DNA of 63,427 bases, counting the filler, from Octopus bimaculoides (lineage: Eukaryota): NCBI RefSeq assembly GCF_001194135.2. It is 6 parts of 5 records of this genome, joined end to end, with 100 filler letters (N's around TTAATTAATTAA, not from the genome) between each part and the next. Parts side by side here need not be neighbours in the genome. Positions count along the whole stretch, not along the records: positions 47,679 to 54,719 come from NC_068982.1; positions 54,820 to 59,372 come from NC_069005.1; positions 59,473 to 61,131 come from NC_069002.1; positions 61,232 to 63,427 come from NW_026300541.1; 2 more parts are not named here. One strand, given 5' to 3'. Below, in pieces: positions 53,011-63,427 of the stretch. How positions within the stretch are numbered: the first letter of the stretch is position 1; every line of letters starts with the position of its first letter. The notes beneath the pieces are model-generated. The model had not been told where the DNA came from. It made no database searches and saw nothing but the letters and a program-made list of their open reading frames with translations. The translations under genes and the position numbers were made by a program.

Positions 53011-54981
53011 ATATCCTGATTTTAAGACAGATGATCCATTCACCTTGATATGCAGTTGCTTTGGGAATTTCATGAGCCACATTTTCATTCTGACATTTAA
53101 AATGAGTTGTTTTCTTTTCAGTTTATTCTTGAGTAGATGTTTCAGTTTCTACGCAGATTTTTTGCAAATAATATCCATATTCCAATGATTCTTTTCCTTT
53201 GTTTTCTTGTCCATCTCTTATTTTACCTTACATCATCTTCTGCTTCTGTACTACACTGGTATGGTTGAAACACACACAAATTAAATATATGATAATGTAT
53301 ATATATATTTATATACTGGTGGGGGGGGGTAAATGTGTGTGTGTGCGTGTGTGCTTGTGTGTGTATATGTAGAAAAGGGTAGAAAATCGATTAAGGGTGT
53401 TCATTGTATTCACGCTACAGAGAGACAGACACAATTGACATGTTTACTTGTCAATTATACAATTATTTTTTTCTTCTGTATATGGATCTCGAAGCACACA
53501 AAACTATAGAGTTGAAAAGCCCTTTTGGATGGAAAAAAATCGAAGGCTGTCCGTTAGAGCCTAACCCACATGTCCAGTTGACATGACAGNNNNNNNNNNA
53601 TATATATATATATATATAATTCCAAGAGAGTTAGAGGTTATGAATCCAACCAACTAAGGGATAATATCTATCCAATATACTGCTAGTAGAATACCCAAAT
53701 GTTTTTTCATTGCATGGCAATTACACTACTGAATGTCATAAATGAGTGAGGGTAAAAAGTTGTTTTACCCTTAATTTATACGGTAATAAGAAAATGGAGG
53801 GGATCAAGAGATGGTATTCATCAACTTTTAGACATTATATTATGTCTATTTAAAGAAACAATTATAACAATATACATACATGTATAACATGTATGTATAT
53901 TTACATATATATTAAATGTTCTACATAATATATCTTATTACTGGTATTATATATTTTATTACTGGTATTTTTATATTTTATGTATGTATGTAAAGCATAA
54001 TATGTTATACATGTAGGTATATTGTTATAACTGTTTCTTTAAAAAAATAAATATATATATATTTGTATGTATGTCGTTTTTGTATCTGGTTTGCAAGATT
54101 CTTTGTGTGAAATTTTGTTGTGTCTAGGGAGAATCATTATGCCAATATTATTAACACACGCACTGGTTTAATTCCACTTCTTTATCATTAGTCAATTGGT
54201 TAAATACCCAACTAATTAATCGATTGTTTGTTTAAATTGATTAAACAGTAAGTCATTTGTTTTGTTTTTGACAATGATTTTCCCTAGATACCATCCTCTC
54301 TGCTCTCGTGTGACCTGTGGTCAACTTTCTTTTCACTCCAGCCGCTGTGAAGGCAAGACGAACTACTAGCGTTCTACATCAGATTCGCGTTTGGCCGTTC
54401 GGCTTTTTTGTGTTGTTTTCACTGTCCAATTTTTCCTGTCTGGGTTTACGTTTGCCACCTTGGAATCCTCTGTTTAGTTGGTTGATCCACTACTCAGGAA
54501 GAGACTATTCTAGAGTACGTCCTGCCTTATCTTCGAAATGTAGAGTTAGAATAGAGGCAGCTGATGAATAATTCCAAGTGGCTTTCTGTTTTCCTATGTG
54601 TTCGTTCCGTTGTCTGTAGTTCATTGTTCTAACGTCCTGTACTCTGATATGCATCTATATACACATGTAGATGAAAGTATATACATATATGTGTGTATAC
54701 ATGCATATGTATTTTTTGTNNNNNNNNNNNNNNNNNNNNNNNNNNNNNNNNNNNNNNNNNNNNTTAATTAATTAANNNNNNNNNNNNNNNNNNNNNNNNN
54801 NNNNNNNNNNNNNNNNNNNCCTTACCACACAGCCACACTATTATAATGATACTTATTCTCCGATTTGAAGCGACAATTTTTAAATATAAACAAATGACAG
54901 AAAAAAAAAAGCTAACCTCAGGTTGAATCGAACTCACAAAAATACCTTAGGAATGAGAACTCAGGTTCGAAATTTCCCCAA

Positions 54982-55027
54982 GACACCTGATGAAGGCTGG
55001 AGAGTATATCAGCCGAAACATTGTGTT
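54982..55027 (+). ncRNA. Minimal hammerhead-ribozyme-like motif in a retroelement-type tail
   Basis: GACAC-CUGAUGA-A-GGCUG(GAGAGUAUAU)CAGCC-GAAA-CA-UU-GUGUU; stems I and II pair; followed by an (AATGTAAAT)n tail. Confidence 0.55.
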
Positions 55028-55060
55028 AACAACAAACAAGATGAGGACAAATGTCTGTCA

Positions 55061-55110
55061 AATGTAAATAATGTAAATAATGTAAATAATGTAAATAATG
55101 TAAATAATGT
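55061..55110 (+). repeat. (AATGTAAAT)n 9-mer tandem tail
   Basis: About five perfect units. Confidence 0.9.
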
Positions 55111-55789
55111 AGTGCTTTTCATGCATAAACGTGTTGCTTATTTTCTGTTGTGTATTTGTTTATGCGTGTGGGTTTGTGTATGTGAGAAAGAGATCAAAAA
55201 TGAAACGAGGAACCTAAGACGGAAAAATTACCATACCTTCCTCACTGATACACACACATATGTATAGACATAAATACACACACACACACATACACACACA
55301 CGCATACACACGCATACACACACACACACATACAGAGATTTACAACAGTTTTCTCAAGGCATAGAGTTAAATTTTCGTTTGGTTTCTAATAAGGATTAGC
55401 AATTAGCTTATCTCTCCCCCACCGGTTGCTGCTGGTAGCGTGGTGGGAGAGCGTTTGGCGTACGAGATTAGGAAAGTGAGCGCAGCGGCGGCGACGGCGG
55501 TGGCTGTGATGGTGGTGGTGGTGGTGGTGGTGGTGATGGTGGTGGTTGTGTAAACCAGTTGGTACCGGGTGGTTTGAAATAACAGGAGGAGCGGGATGGG
55601 AGTGGAGTGTGGCTAACAAGTTTATTGCAATTATAATGTGTAGATTTGTATGTTTATACACACATAAATACATACATGAATACATGCATTACATTCATAT
55701 GCACATACATACATATATACACACACATACATACATACATATAAATACATACTTACATATACACAACCACACACACAAACATGCATATG

Positions 55790-55827
<38 letters not shown>

Positions 55828-56362
55828 CTGATGGATAGATATGTACATGCGTGTGTGTGTAAATTGATATATATACATACAAATATACGCATGCACACAC
55901 ACATATATACATATGTACACACATACACGTATATATATACATTTGTGGCTGTGTGTGTTTGTGAATTTGTTACTTTTTCTCTTCCGAGATTATCCAACCG
56001 AGATTATGAAACTTCACACGTGTGGGGGGCTTATGCCCATGCGGTCACTTACACACCTGGAATTTCAAAAAATAGATCATTTTTCAACAGCATTAATTTT
56101 TCGAAAATCAACAGGACATTTCAATGCATATTCTCATATGAATTTTATTTTCTGCCATAACTTTTAAAGTTTTCAACCGATTTTCTTGAAATGTTATGCA
56201 CAGATGGAATATGCACGAAGGATGGGTTGAGACAAATAAATTTTTACCTAGGCCACTCAAGTAAAGTGCAAGATGATTTTTGATTAACTGATTAGCAAAA
56301 TTTGGCCTAAATTGTGGGGTTAAAATGTTCATCAATCATTTCAGCATTCTCAGGTTGCTGTA

Positions 56363-56490
56363 ACATGTATTTTCTTAACACCTGCACTTAAAATTATCGG
56401 TTCTAAACGTTGCAACATTGTGTGCTAAAACATGTCACATGTATATTATTAACAGCTGCAGCTAAAATTGTCGGTTCTAACCGTTGCAAT
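56363..56490. repeat. Imperfect 54-bp direct repeat, period 74
   Basis: ACATGTATTTTCTTAACACCTGCACTTAAAATTATCGGTTCTAAACGTTGCAAC versus ACATGTATATTATTAACAGCTGCAGCTAAAATTGTCGGTTCTAACCGTTGCAAT. Confidence 0.8.
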
Positions 56491-57091
56491 CGATATTTGA
56501 TTCTCACGATCAGTGGAACTATACCCATGAAACACAGTCGTCAAATTAAGTGCTTTTCTCTAAATAATTTTTTGCTTACTTTTCAAACTTCTATGTTCTT
56601 TATTTTTCCTGAATCACCAGAATCACCTCATCGCATTCACCATCGCCGCCGCCACCACCACCACCACCATCACTACAATGGCTTCCATTATCAGAATCGT
56701 TTCTGCATCCACCGTCGCCATCACTGCTACGATCGCAGTCGACACCACCCCCACGTCAACACTACAACCAGCGCGACCATTTCAAGCNNNNNNNNNNNNN
56801 NNNNNNNNNNNNNNNNNNNNNNNNNNNNNNNNNNNNNNNNNNNNNNNNNNNNNNNNNNNNNNNNNNNNNNNNNNNNNNNNNNNNNNNNNNNNNNNNNNCT
56901 CTACTACCAACACAACTACAACCACGACCCTAACAAACTCCCGACCAATCTAGTCACCATTGGATTATCTATGACTCTTTCTCTTAAGTATCCCACCGCT
57001 AATCCCCAAATCATTAATTAATTACATTGACTGAGGATGACGGGGTTAGCTTCTTACTACACCTACTACATCTTACTACATTCACCACATC

Positions 57092-57306
57092 TTTTCCACT
57101 CTAGGCAAAAGGCCCGAAAGTTTTGGGGAAGTGGGGAGCCAGTCAATTAGATCGACCCCAGTGCGCAATTGGTACTTAATTTATCAACCCCGAAAAGATA
57201 AAAGGCAAAGTCGACCTCGGCGGAATTTGAACTCAGAACGTAAAGACAAACGAAATACTGTTAAGCATTTCGCCCGGCGTGCTGACGTTTCTGCCAGCTC
57301 ACCATC
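57092..57306 (-). mobile_element. SINE family B, full length
   Basis: TTTCCACTCTAGGCAAAAGGCCCGAAAG tail to GCATTTCGCCCGGCGTGCTGACGTTTCTGCCAGCTCACC head; minus strand has TGGCAGAAACG (A-like) and GAGTTCAAATTCC (B-like). Confidence 0.9.
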
Positions 57307-57339
57307 TTAATTGTGATAAAATATTAAGAATAAAATTGT

Positions 57340-57620
57340 TTCTTTTGAAACCACTGGTGGGGCATATATATTTATGGATAGTTATAGTGGGGCCCATCGG
57401 GGAAAAAATAGGTTGGGAATCATTGCTTTAGAGGGACGCGTATACCGGTTTAAAAACGCTTGGTTTAGACCAGCAGTTCTCAACCGGGGTCTATAAATTT
57501 TGGGAGGCCATACAAACAGAATAATAAATTGGGGACCCACAGTAGTATCTTAAGAGTCCATGAAAACAATGCTGCTTTAGATGTATCTATTACAAGAAAT
57601 AGCTAGGTTTGAAAAGGGTT
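57340..57620. mobile_element. Possible hAT-type MITE ends
   Basis: GGTTGGGAATCATTG (reverse complement CAATGATTCCCAACC) and CAGCAGTTCTCAACC resemble CAGTGGTTCYCAAMC hAT termini; no partner TIR or TSD established. Confidence 0.3.
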
Positions 57621-57656
57621 TGGAGAGGTTATTGCAGTTGTTGAAGGTTCTTTTGC

Positions 57657-57688
<32 letters not shown>

Positions 57689-58047
57689 GTGATGGTGGTA
57701 GAGAAGGACACAATATGGGTAATGAAAGGAGGAGAGAGGAGTGAACGGAGAGAGGAGTGAACGGAGAGAGTGCCTCAACCGGGGGGTGTTGTCACGGGAC
57801 AGGCGACTCCGAGAAGCGAAAGGTGATACAGTAGCGGTGGAAGAGTCAGAGAGATGACACAGCACATCTGTGAGCCCAGAGTTTGGAGTATTCTTGTTGT
57901 TGTCCTCATTGCAGCTATTGATGTTGTACTTATTGTCAATTTTGTTGCTGCTATCTTTGTTGTTATTGTTTTTGTCGTTGTTGGTGGCCTTGTTATTTTT
58001 GTTTTGTTTTTGTTATTCCTGTTCTTTGTTCGTGTTTGCTTTTGTAT

Positions 58048-58082
<35 letters not shown>

Positions 58083-59099
58083 TTAATTATTGTTTTCTTT
58101 AATGCAAATTACTTTGATCTCCATCTCAGCCTAATTTTATTTTTTTCATATATTCAAATGTATAAATAAATAAATAAACGTTGCTTTTCCTTAAAAACAT
58201 ACACACGCCCTTACTTCAGCATAGTTATTTGTTAACCTCTCCCTAGATAAACACACAACTACACGAGGGGCGTATATTCCAATCTGCTAGCTGGGCGCTG
58301 CACAACAACCCGCTAACAAAAAGAATGATAATTTTCCTTTATGATATTCATAATTCTGTTGTTGCAGTTATCATAAAGCAATCTCTGTCGCTAATTTGTT
58401 TCCAGATCTAATAAAACATATTCAGAAACAAAGATAAGACAGATTGAAGTTGTATGTTGTAGTTTAAGAAAAAACAGCTTCAAATTTGTTTGAATGTTTT
58501 TCAATAAGAATGTCACAGTAGGAGGTTCAGCACGGGAAGAGCTTATAGTATGTGATAACCACCACCGTAAGTTTATGCTTACATACCTTACATTACATAC
58601 ATGCTTTCATAAAATATTACATGCACTATACAGGCACAAAAGCACACGTTAGATATATTAATACATACAATGATACATGAATGCATTGCCTACATAAATA
58701 ATACATACATATATACGTACGTTCATGCATACATTGCTTGCATACATACATACATGCGTGAAAGCATACATTACCTAGATGCACACATGCATACATTGCT
58801 TACATGCATGCATACATTGCCTATACACATACATACATGCATACAATGCCTAGATACATACATACATACATACATATGTACATACATACATACATACATA
58901 GAATATAAGGGGTTTAGTTCTCTGGTGATCTAACGAATAGGTACGCTCAGTAATCGCTATAATTGGTCATCCGTTAGGTTCCAAGTTCACATCTGAAACT
59001 GGAGCTAGGGATCCGTAGTAGGAAAAGGTATATGTATAATACATATATATATATATATATATAAGCAATGTTAATTCTCTAAATGAAGTATTAACAGTA

Positions 59100-59372
59100 A
59101 CTGCACGATAAAGTGTAGTATATTGCCACTTAAGTGTGGCTGACCCCTAGGGGTGGATGTTACTGTTGCTTTTAGCCCCAGGAGGACATCTCCTCCAGCT
59201 GGCTTATCGACACACGACTGTGTCCTGTTTGCCAAGGGAGTTATCCCTCTCACCTCGACCAGCAGCACGAACGTATCCGGATTTCAGTGAAGAATTTCAC
59301 TGGAAAAGAAGATATAAGGTTTGCCAGGTTTTTGTCTCTCTCACCAAGGTCATCAGCTGTCGAACGCCGACG
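59100..59372 (-). mobile_element. Probable LINE (RTE-like) 5' UTR fragment
   Basis: GC-richer non-coding block whose end (CCAGGTTTTTGTCTC...GTCATCAG...CGCCGACG) resembles 60958-61043; family call from recollection. Confidence 0.35.
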
Positions 59373-59642
59373 NNNNNNNNNNNNNNNNNNNNNNNNNNNN
59401 NNNNNNNNNNNNNNNNTTAATTAATTAANNNNNNNNNNNNNNNNNNNNNNNNNNNNNNNNNNNNNNNNNNNNCGCACACAGGCACACTCACACACGCACA
59501 CACATAGAGAGATACACAGACACAGACACTGGCGAAAGAGGAAAATCCTAGAGAGAAGATGGATTGCAGACGACGATACGTGCAAACAAGAGACAGGCAG
59601 ACAGGCGTACAGATATACGTGGGTATAATGTCTGTATGTGTA

Positions 59643-59680
<38 letters not shown>

Positions 59681-59884
59681 TGTGGGTTTGTGTGAGTGTG
59701 TGCGTGTAAGCACATATATATTACATGTGTATATATGTATATATAAAGAGTAAGAGAGAGAGAGAGGAAGATAGGAGAGAGAGGGAGAACGAGAGAGAGA
59801 GAGAGGAAGATAGGAGAGAGAGGGAGAACGAGAGAGAGAGAGAGAGAACGAGAGAGAGAGAGAACNNNNNNNNNNNNNNNNNNN

Positions 59885-59920
<36 letters not shown>

Positions 59921-60063
59921 AGAATGGATCGATGTCTGAATGGACAAACAGAGAAGTAGTCATGTAGAAAGATAGATAGGCGGTTGCATACATAGATCAG
60001 TAGGTAGATAGGAAGACAGACAGACAGACAGACAGACAGATAGACAGACAGATAGATAGATAA

Positions 60064-60105
<42 letters not shown>

Positions 60106-60249
60106 TCGGTCTAACGTTTCCGATCTTTCAACGAAATCTGAGGAATGAAACAAGAAAATCGTTAATAAGAATATTCAGAAGATGAAAAAGAAAAGAAATG
60201 AAGCATTTGATTTGGAAGCATGTGTAACAATGGAATGAAATCAATGTTT

Positions 60250-60411
60250 TCACAAGAGTTCTACGACTGCTTTGAACCGTGGGAAATGCGCCTGAAACGA
60301 TGAATTGCTTCAAATGGAGAATATTTTGAAGGCGATTAAAGTGTAAACATGTAAAGCGAAGTGAATAAAATAACATTGTAAAATTACGGTTCCTTTTGGT
60401 TACCCCTCGTA
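60250..60411 (+). mobile_element. Mariner 3' end fragment, a second family
   Basis: SQEFYDCFEPWEMRLKR*IASNGEYFEGD* resembles the mariner C-terminus W..RW..CI...GEYFE; terminus TTCCTTTTGGTTACCCCTCG followed by TA (60410-60411). Confidence 0.7.
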
Positions 60412-60619
60412 TACAGAGAGCGCGGAACTCCGAGTAGCAGTTCAATGCAGACTTAGTTTCAATATACATCTATGATAACCATTTCCTCGTTTGCGAGTAT
60501 AAAATGAAGATGCCGGTAGGTCGAGAGATTCCTGTGAAAGATGCTTTTCGAAGAGAAGAGAGAGGCCTTGCACACAACCAACGTCACTCTCTGAACAATG
60601 ACGACAGATACTTCGAACA

Positions 60620-61050
60620 ACAGACCTCGTCAGCATCCTTTGCTGCCACCGATTTGCGGGTTTAATATCAGAGTTTTCCTTCTCCTAGAACGATGTCTTA
60701 ACAAGGACTTAGGGGGTCACTGGCACCCAGTAATGCGGTACACATTGCCAACATCCTCATTCTCATGCATCTCCGCAGACTGAACCCGTTGTGCCTGTCC
60801 GTTGTTGGAAATGTGTCCATCCTCTGCACCAGTTTGCACCAATTTGTTGATGACCACTGCAAGAGCTATCGCTGTCCATCAGAAATAGTAAAACCCCCAA
60901 AACCTGTGTACACAATATTGGATGACCGTCGACTTTTAAGACTTCACCCGTCCTTCGACAGGTTTTGTCTCTCGTCCTGCAATGTCCAGTCACCCTCTTC
61001 ACTAAGCTGGCTTTGCTGGGTCGTCAGTTTGGCCGCCGACGACTCGACCA
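60620..61050 (-). mobile_element. RTE-like LINE 5' UTR fragment
   Basis: Minus strand contains CTAGGAGAAGGAAAACTCTGATATTAAAC, a motif I recall from RTE/BovB 5' UTRs; no RT motif visible. Confidence 0.45.
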
Positions 61051-61231
61051 CATATACATACATACATGTATGCATACATGCATACATGTATACATACGCC
61101 AATATATCAATACGTATGTGCGTGCGTGTATNNNNNNNNNNNNNNNNNNNNNNNNNNNNNNNNNNNNNNNNNNNNTTAATTAATTAANNNNNNNNNNNNN
61201 NNNNNNNNNNNNNNNNNNNNNNNNNNNNNNN

Positions 61232-61549
61232 AAGCCGTGTACTGTCTGTAGTAGTGTTTCTAGCTCTTTGTCGTTTTTTGCATATAATTTTAGGTCATCC
61301 ATATATAGAAGGTGGCTGACTGTTTTTCCATAGCATTTGTAACCGCATCCAGTTCTATTTAGCAATTCTGTTAGAGGTGTGAGTGCCAGGCAGAACAGGA
61401 GTGGAGAGAGCGTGTCTCCCTGGAATATTCCTCTTCTAATGGGGATGGCTTTCGTTTTCACAAGTCCCTCTTTTGTTTGGAGCTGTAGCACTGTCTGCCA
61501 TTTGTTCATTGAGTGCTCTATGTATTTTATGATAATTGGTGCCACCTTG

Positions 61550-61550
<1 letters not shown>
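61232..61550 (-). mobile_element. R4/Dong-clade non-LTR retrotransposon RT fragment, 5'-truncated, runs into a gap
   Basis: Stop-free IRRGIFQGDTLSPLLFCLALTPLTELLNRTGCGY...SHLLYMDDLKLYAKND; GIFQGD and YMDDLKLY are typical of R4/Dong RTs. It abuts a (TAA)n tract. Confidence 0.85.

Positions 61551-61605
<55 letters not shown>
61551..61605. repeat. (TTA)n microsatellite at the Dong-like 5' junction
   Basis: Direct reading. Confidence 0.95.
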
Positions 61606-61606
<1 letters not shown>

Positions 61607-61895
61607 ATTTATATTATTTATAACACAAAAATAATACCTTATGACACTGACGATATGGCTTCTGAAGCAAACCATATTATTTCAGGTTGCGCTAATCACC
61701 GTGATACACTTTACATTAGACATTTGTGTGAAATGCTTAAATTTGTTTATTTCACATGCGGTAAAAATCAATTATACATGCTACACACAATATAATTTAA
61801 GTCACATACAAAATTATTCACAGTTTTCTGTGGTGCATACAATTCGAATAACTTCATAATTACTATTTATGTCACTGGATTAAGTATGTCATGGC

Positions 61896-63020
61896 GAATA
61901 GAAAACAACATGTGATCGATGGAGTCCACTCAAGCCCAGTAAAAGTCACCAGTGGTGTCCCTCGGGGGACTGTCTTGGGTTCGCTCCTCTTTATAATTTA
62001 CATAAGCGACCTTTCCAGCGTCGTAAATCACTGCAAAGTGGAAATATTTGTTGATGACACTAAGCTCCAGCAAAATCACCATGAAGAAGAAGCCCGAACT
62101 CAACTCCAGTCTGATCTCTATGCTGTGAGTCAATGGGCAGACAAAAACAAAATGCAACTAAACGAGGGAAAATTTGGGCTGATGCATTTTGGAAGAAAGT
62201 CTATACTAAAACGGCCATACCCTCTTCCTTCAAAGAAACCGCTCACAGCATCTAATAATATCAGAGACCTGGGTGTAATTGTTGATAGCAATCTCAGTTG
62301 AAGTGCTCACATCAATAATAAGGTCGATATAGCTCCTGGATCTTGAGAACCTTCCGGTCCAGAGAACAAGGTGTCATAATTCCACTTTTCTTCTCCTTTG
62401 TACGGTCACACCTCGAATACTGCTGCCCCTTGTGGTCTCCCCATGCAAAGCAAAACATCTCGAAAATTGAATCACCCCAATGGCACTCACTAAACGAATT
62501 GAAGGCATGACTGATTTCGATTACTGGGACCACCTTAAAGCCTTGAAGCTCTACTCTCTCCAGCGCCGCCGCGAGCGGTACATCATTTGTACGATGTGAA
62601 GAATATACCGCCAGCATTGCCCAGACGACCTGAACATAAGTTTCAAGGTTCATCCAAGGCTGGGACCACGGGCCATACATCCCCTGCCCAATTCAGAATC
62701 ACAACATATAGGTACACTGCGACACAATTTCTTTTCCTCAACAGGCCCTGTCCTATTTAACATTGTCCTAATACTGTTCAAAGAGGAAAAGGATCCCATC
62801 ACCTTTAAACGGAGTCTGGACAGATTTCTTCAAGGAATACCAGACAAGCCACCCATACCTGGATACAACTCACTCAACAAGAACTCACTACTTGAATAAA
62901 CCACAGACCAAACTTGACTGTAAAAAGGATTTAGATAATCCTATCAGATTGTGCTATTAAGTTAGACATGGCCTGGACCAATCTTTGATCAAAACATATC
63001 TAAGTTTTATCTAAGTTTTA
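61896..63020 (+). mobile_element. CR1-clade LINE, 5'-truncated, RT to 3' end
   Basis: NRKQHVIDG..VTSGVPRGTVLGSLLFIIYISDL..FVDDTKL..LQSDL..WADKNKMQLN..DLGVIVDSNLS*; then VRSHLEYCCPLWSPH and LKLYSLQRRRERY. The 3' end has the tandem tail TATCTAAGTTT x2 (62997-63018). Confidence 0.9.
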
Positions 63021-63427
63021 TGATATAATTTATTAAATACATAATTACATTTGTTATTATGTATCACGCACTGTATTATGATGTCTACGATATTATTTTT
63101 GGCTCATACAAAAATAATTTTATATCACATACGCAATATTCTTCGCATATTATATACGGCAATTACAATATCATTCATGGCACAGATCATATGAATTTAT
63201 GACACATACAAAATTATTTGTGGCATATACAATATAATTTTTGACAGAAGAAACCCTGGCAATGCTGAAGTAGATGCAGTGAAAATTATATAAGATCAGT
63301 TAGTAGCTGTAACATCAATGTATTTTTATATTGAGGAGTAGAAATGGATGCCGCAAGTACTGAAGTGTTTTTAAGTCGGGTTCGAAACTGTAACGACAGA
63401 ATACATCTAATGCAGAAAAGTACAAAG

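Overview
AT-rich, gap-riddled (N runs) eukaryotic DNA, dense in microsatellites and transposon relics. The repeat content looks like an octopus (cephalopod) genome; this is inference from recalled repeat families, and no database search was run. I found no confident host protein-coding gene, rRNA, true tRNA or CRISPR array. Most ORFs in the track are microsatellite or N artefacts. Supported content: about 20 copies of three tRNA-derived SINE families; fragments of RTE, CR1, R4/Dong and Penelope-like (PLE) retrotransposons; two mariner ends; and a ~2 kb hAT transposase fossil with an internal 93-bp amplification. The best candidates for follow-up are (1) a 1.7-kb element at 20590-22336 (-) that encodes only a CCHC zinc-knuckle ORF1/gag-like protein with no RT, bounded by a 12-bp direct repeat (HAL1-like, possibly target-specific); (2) a family of minimal hammerhead-ribozyme-like motifs (GAAACGUU type) at 8291, 35838, 36026 and 54982; (3) a TA-flanked 1.57-kb inverted-repeat unit at 11821-13389 carrying a GIY-YIG fragment and a 158-bp near-perfect hairpin.
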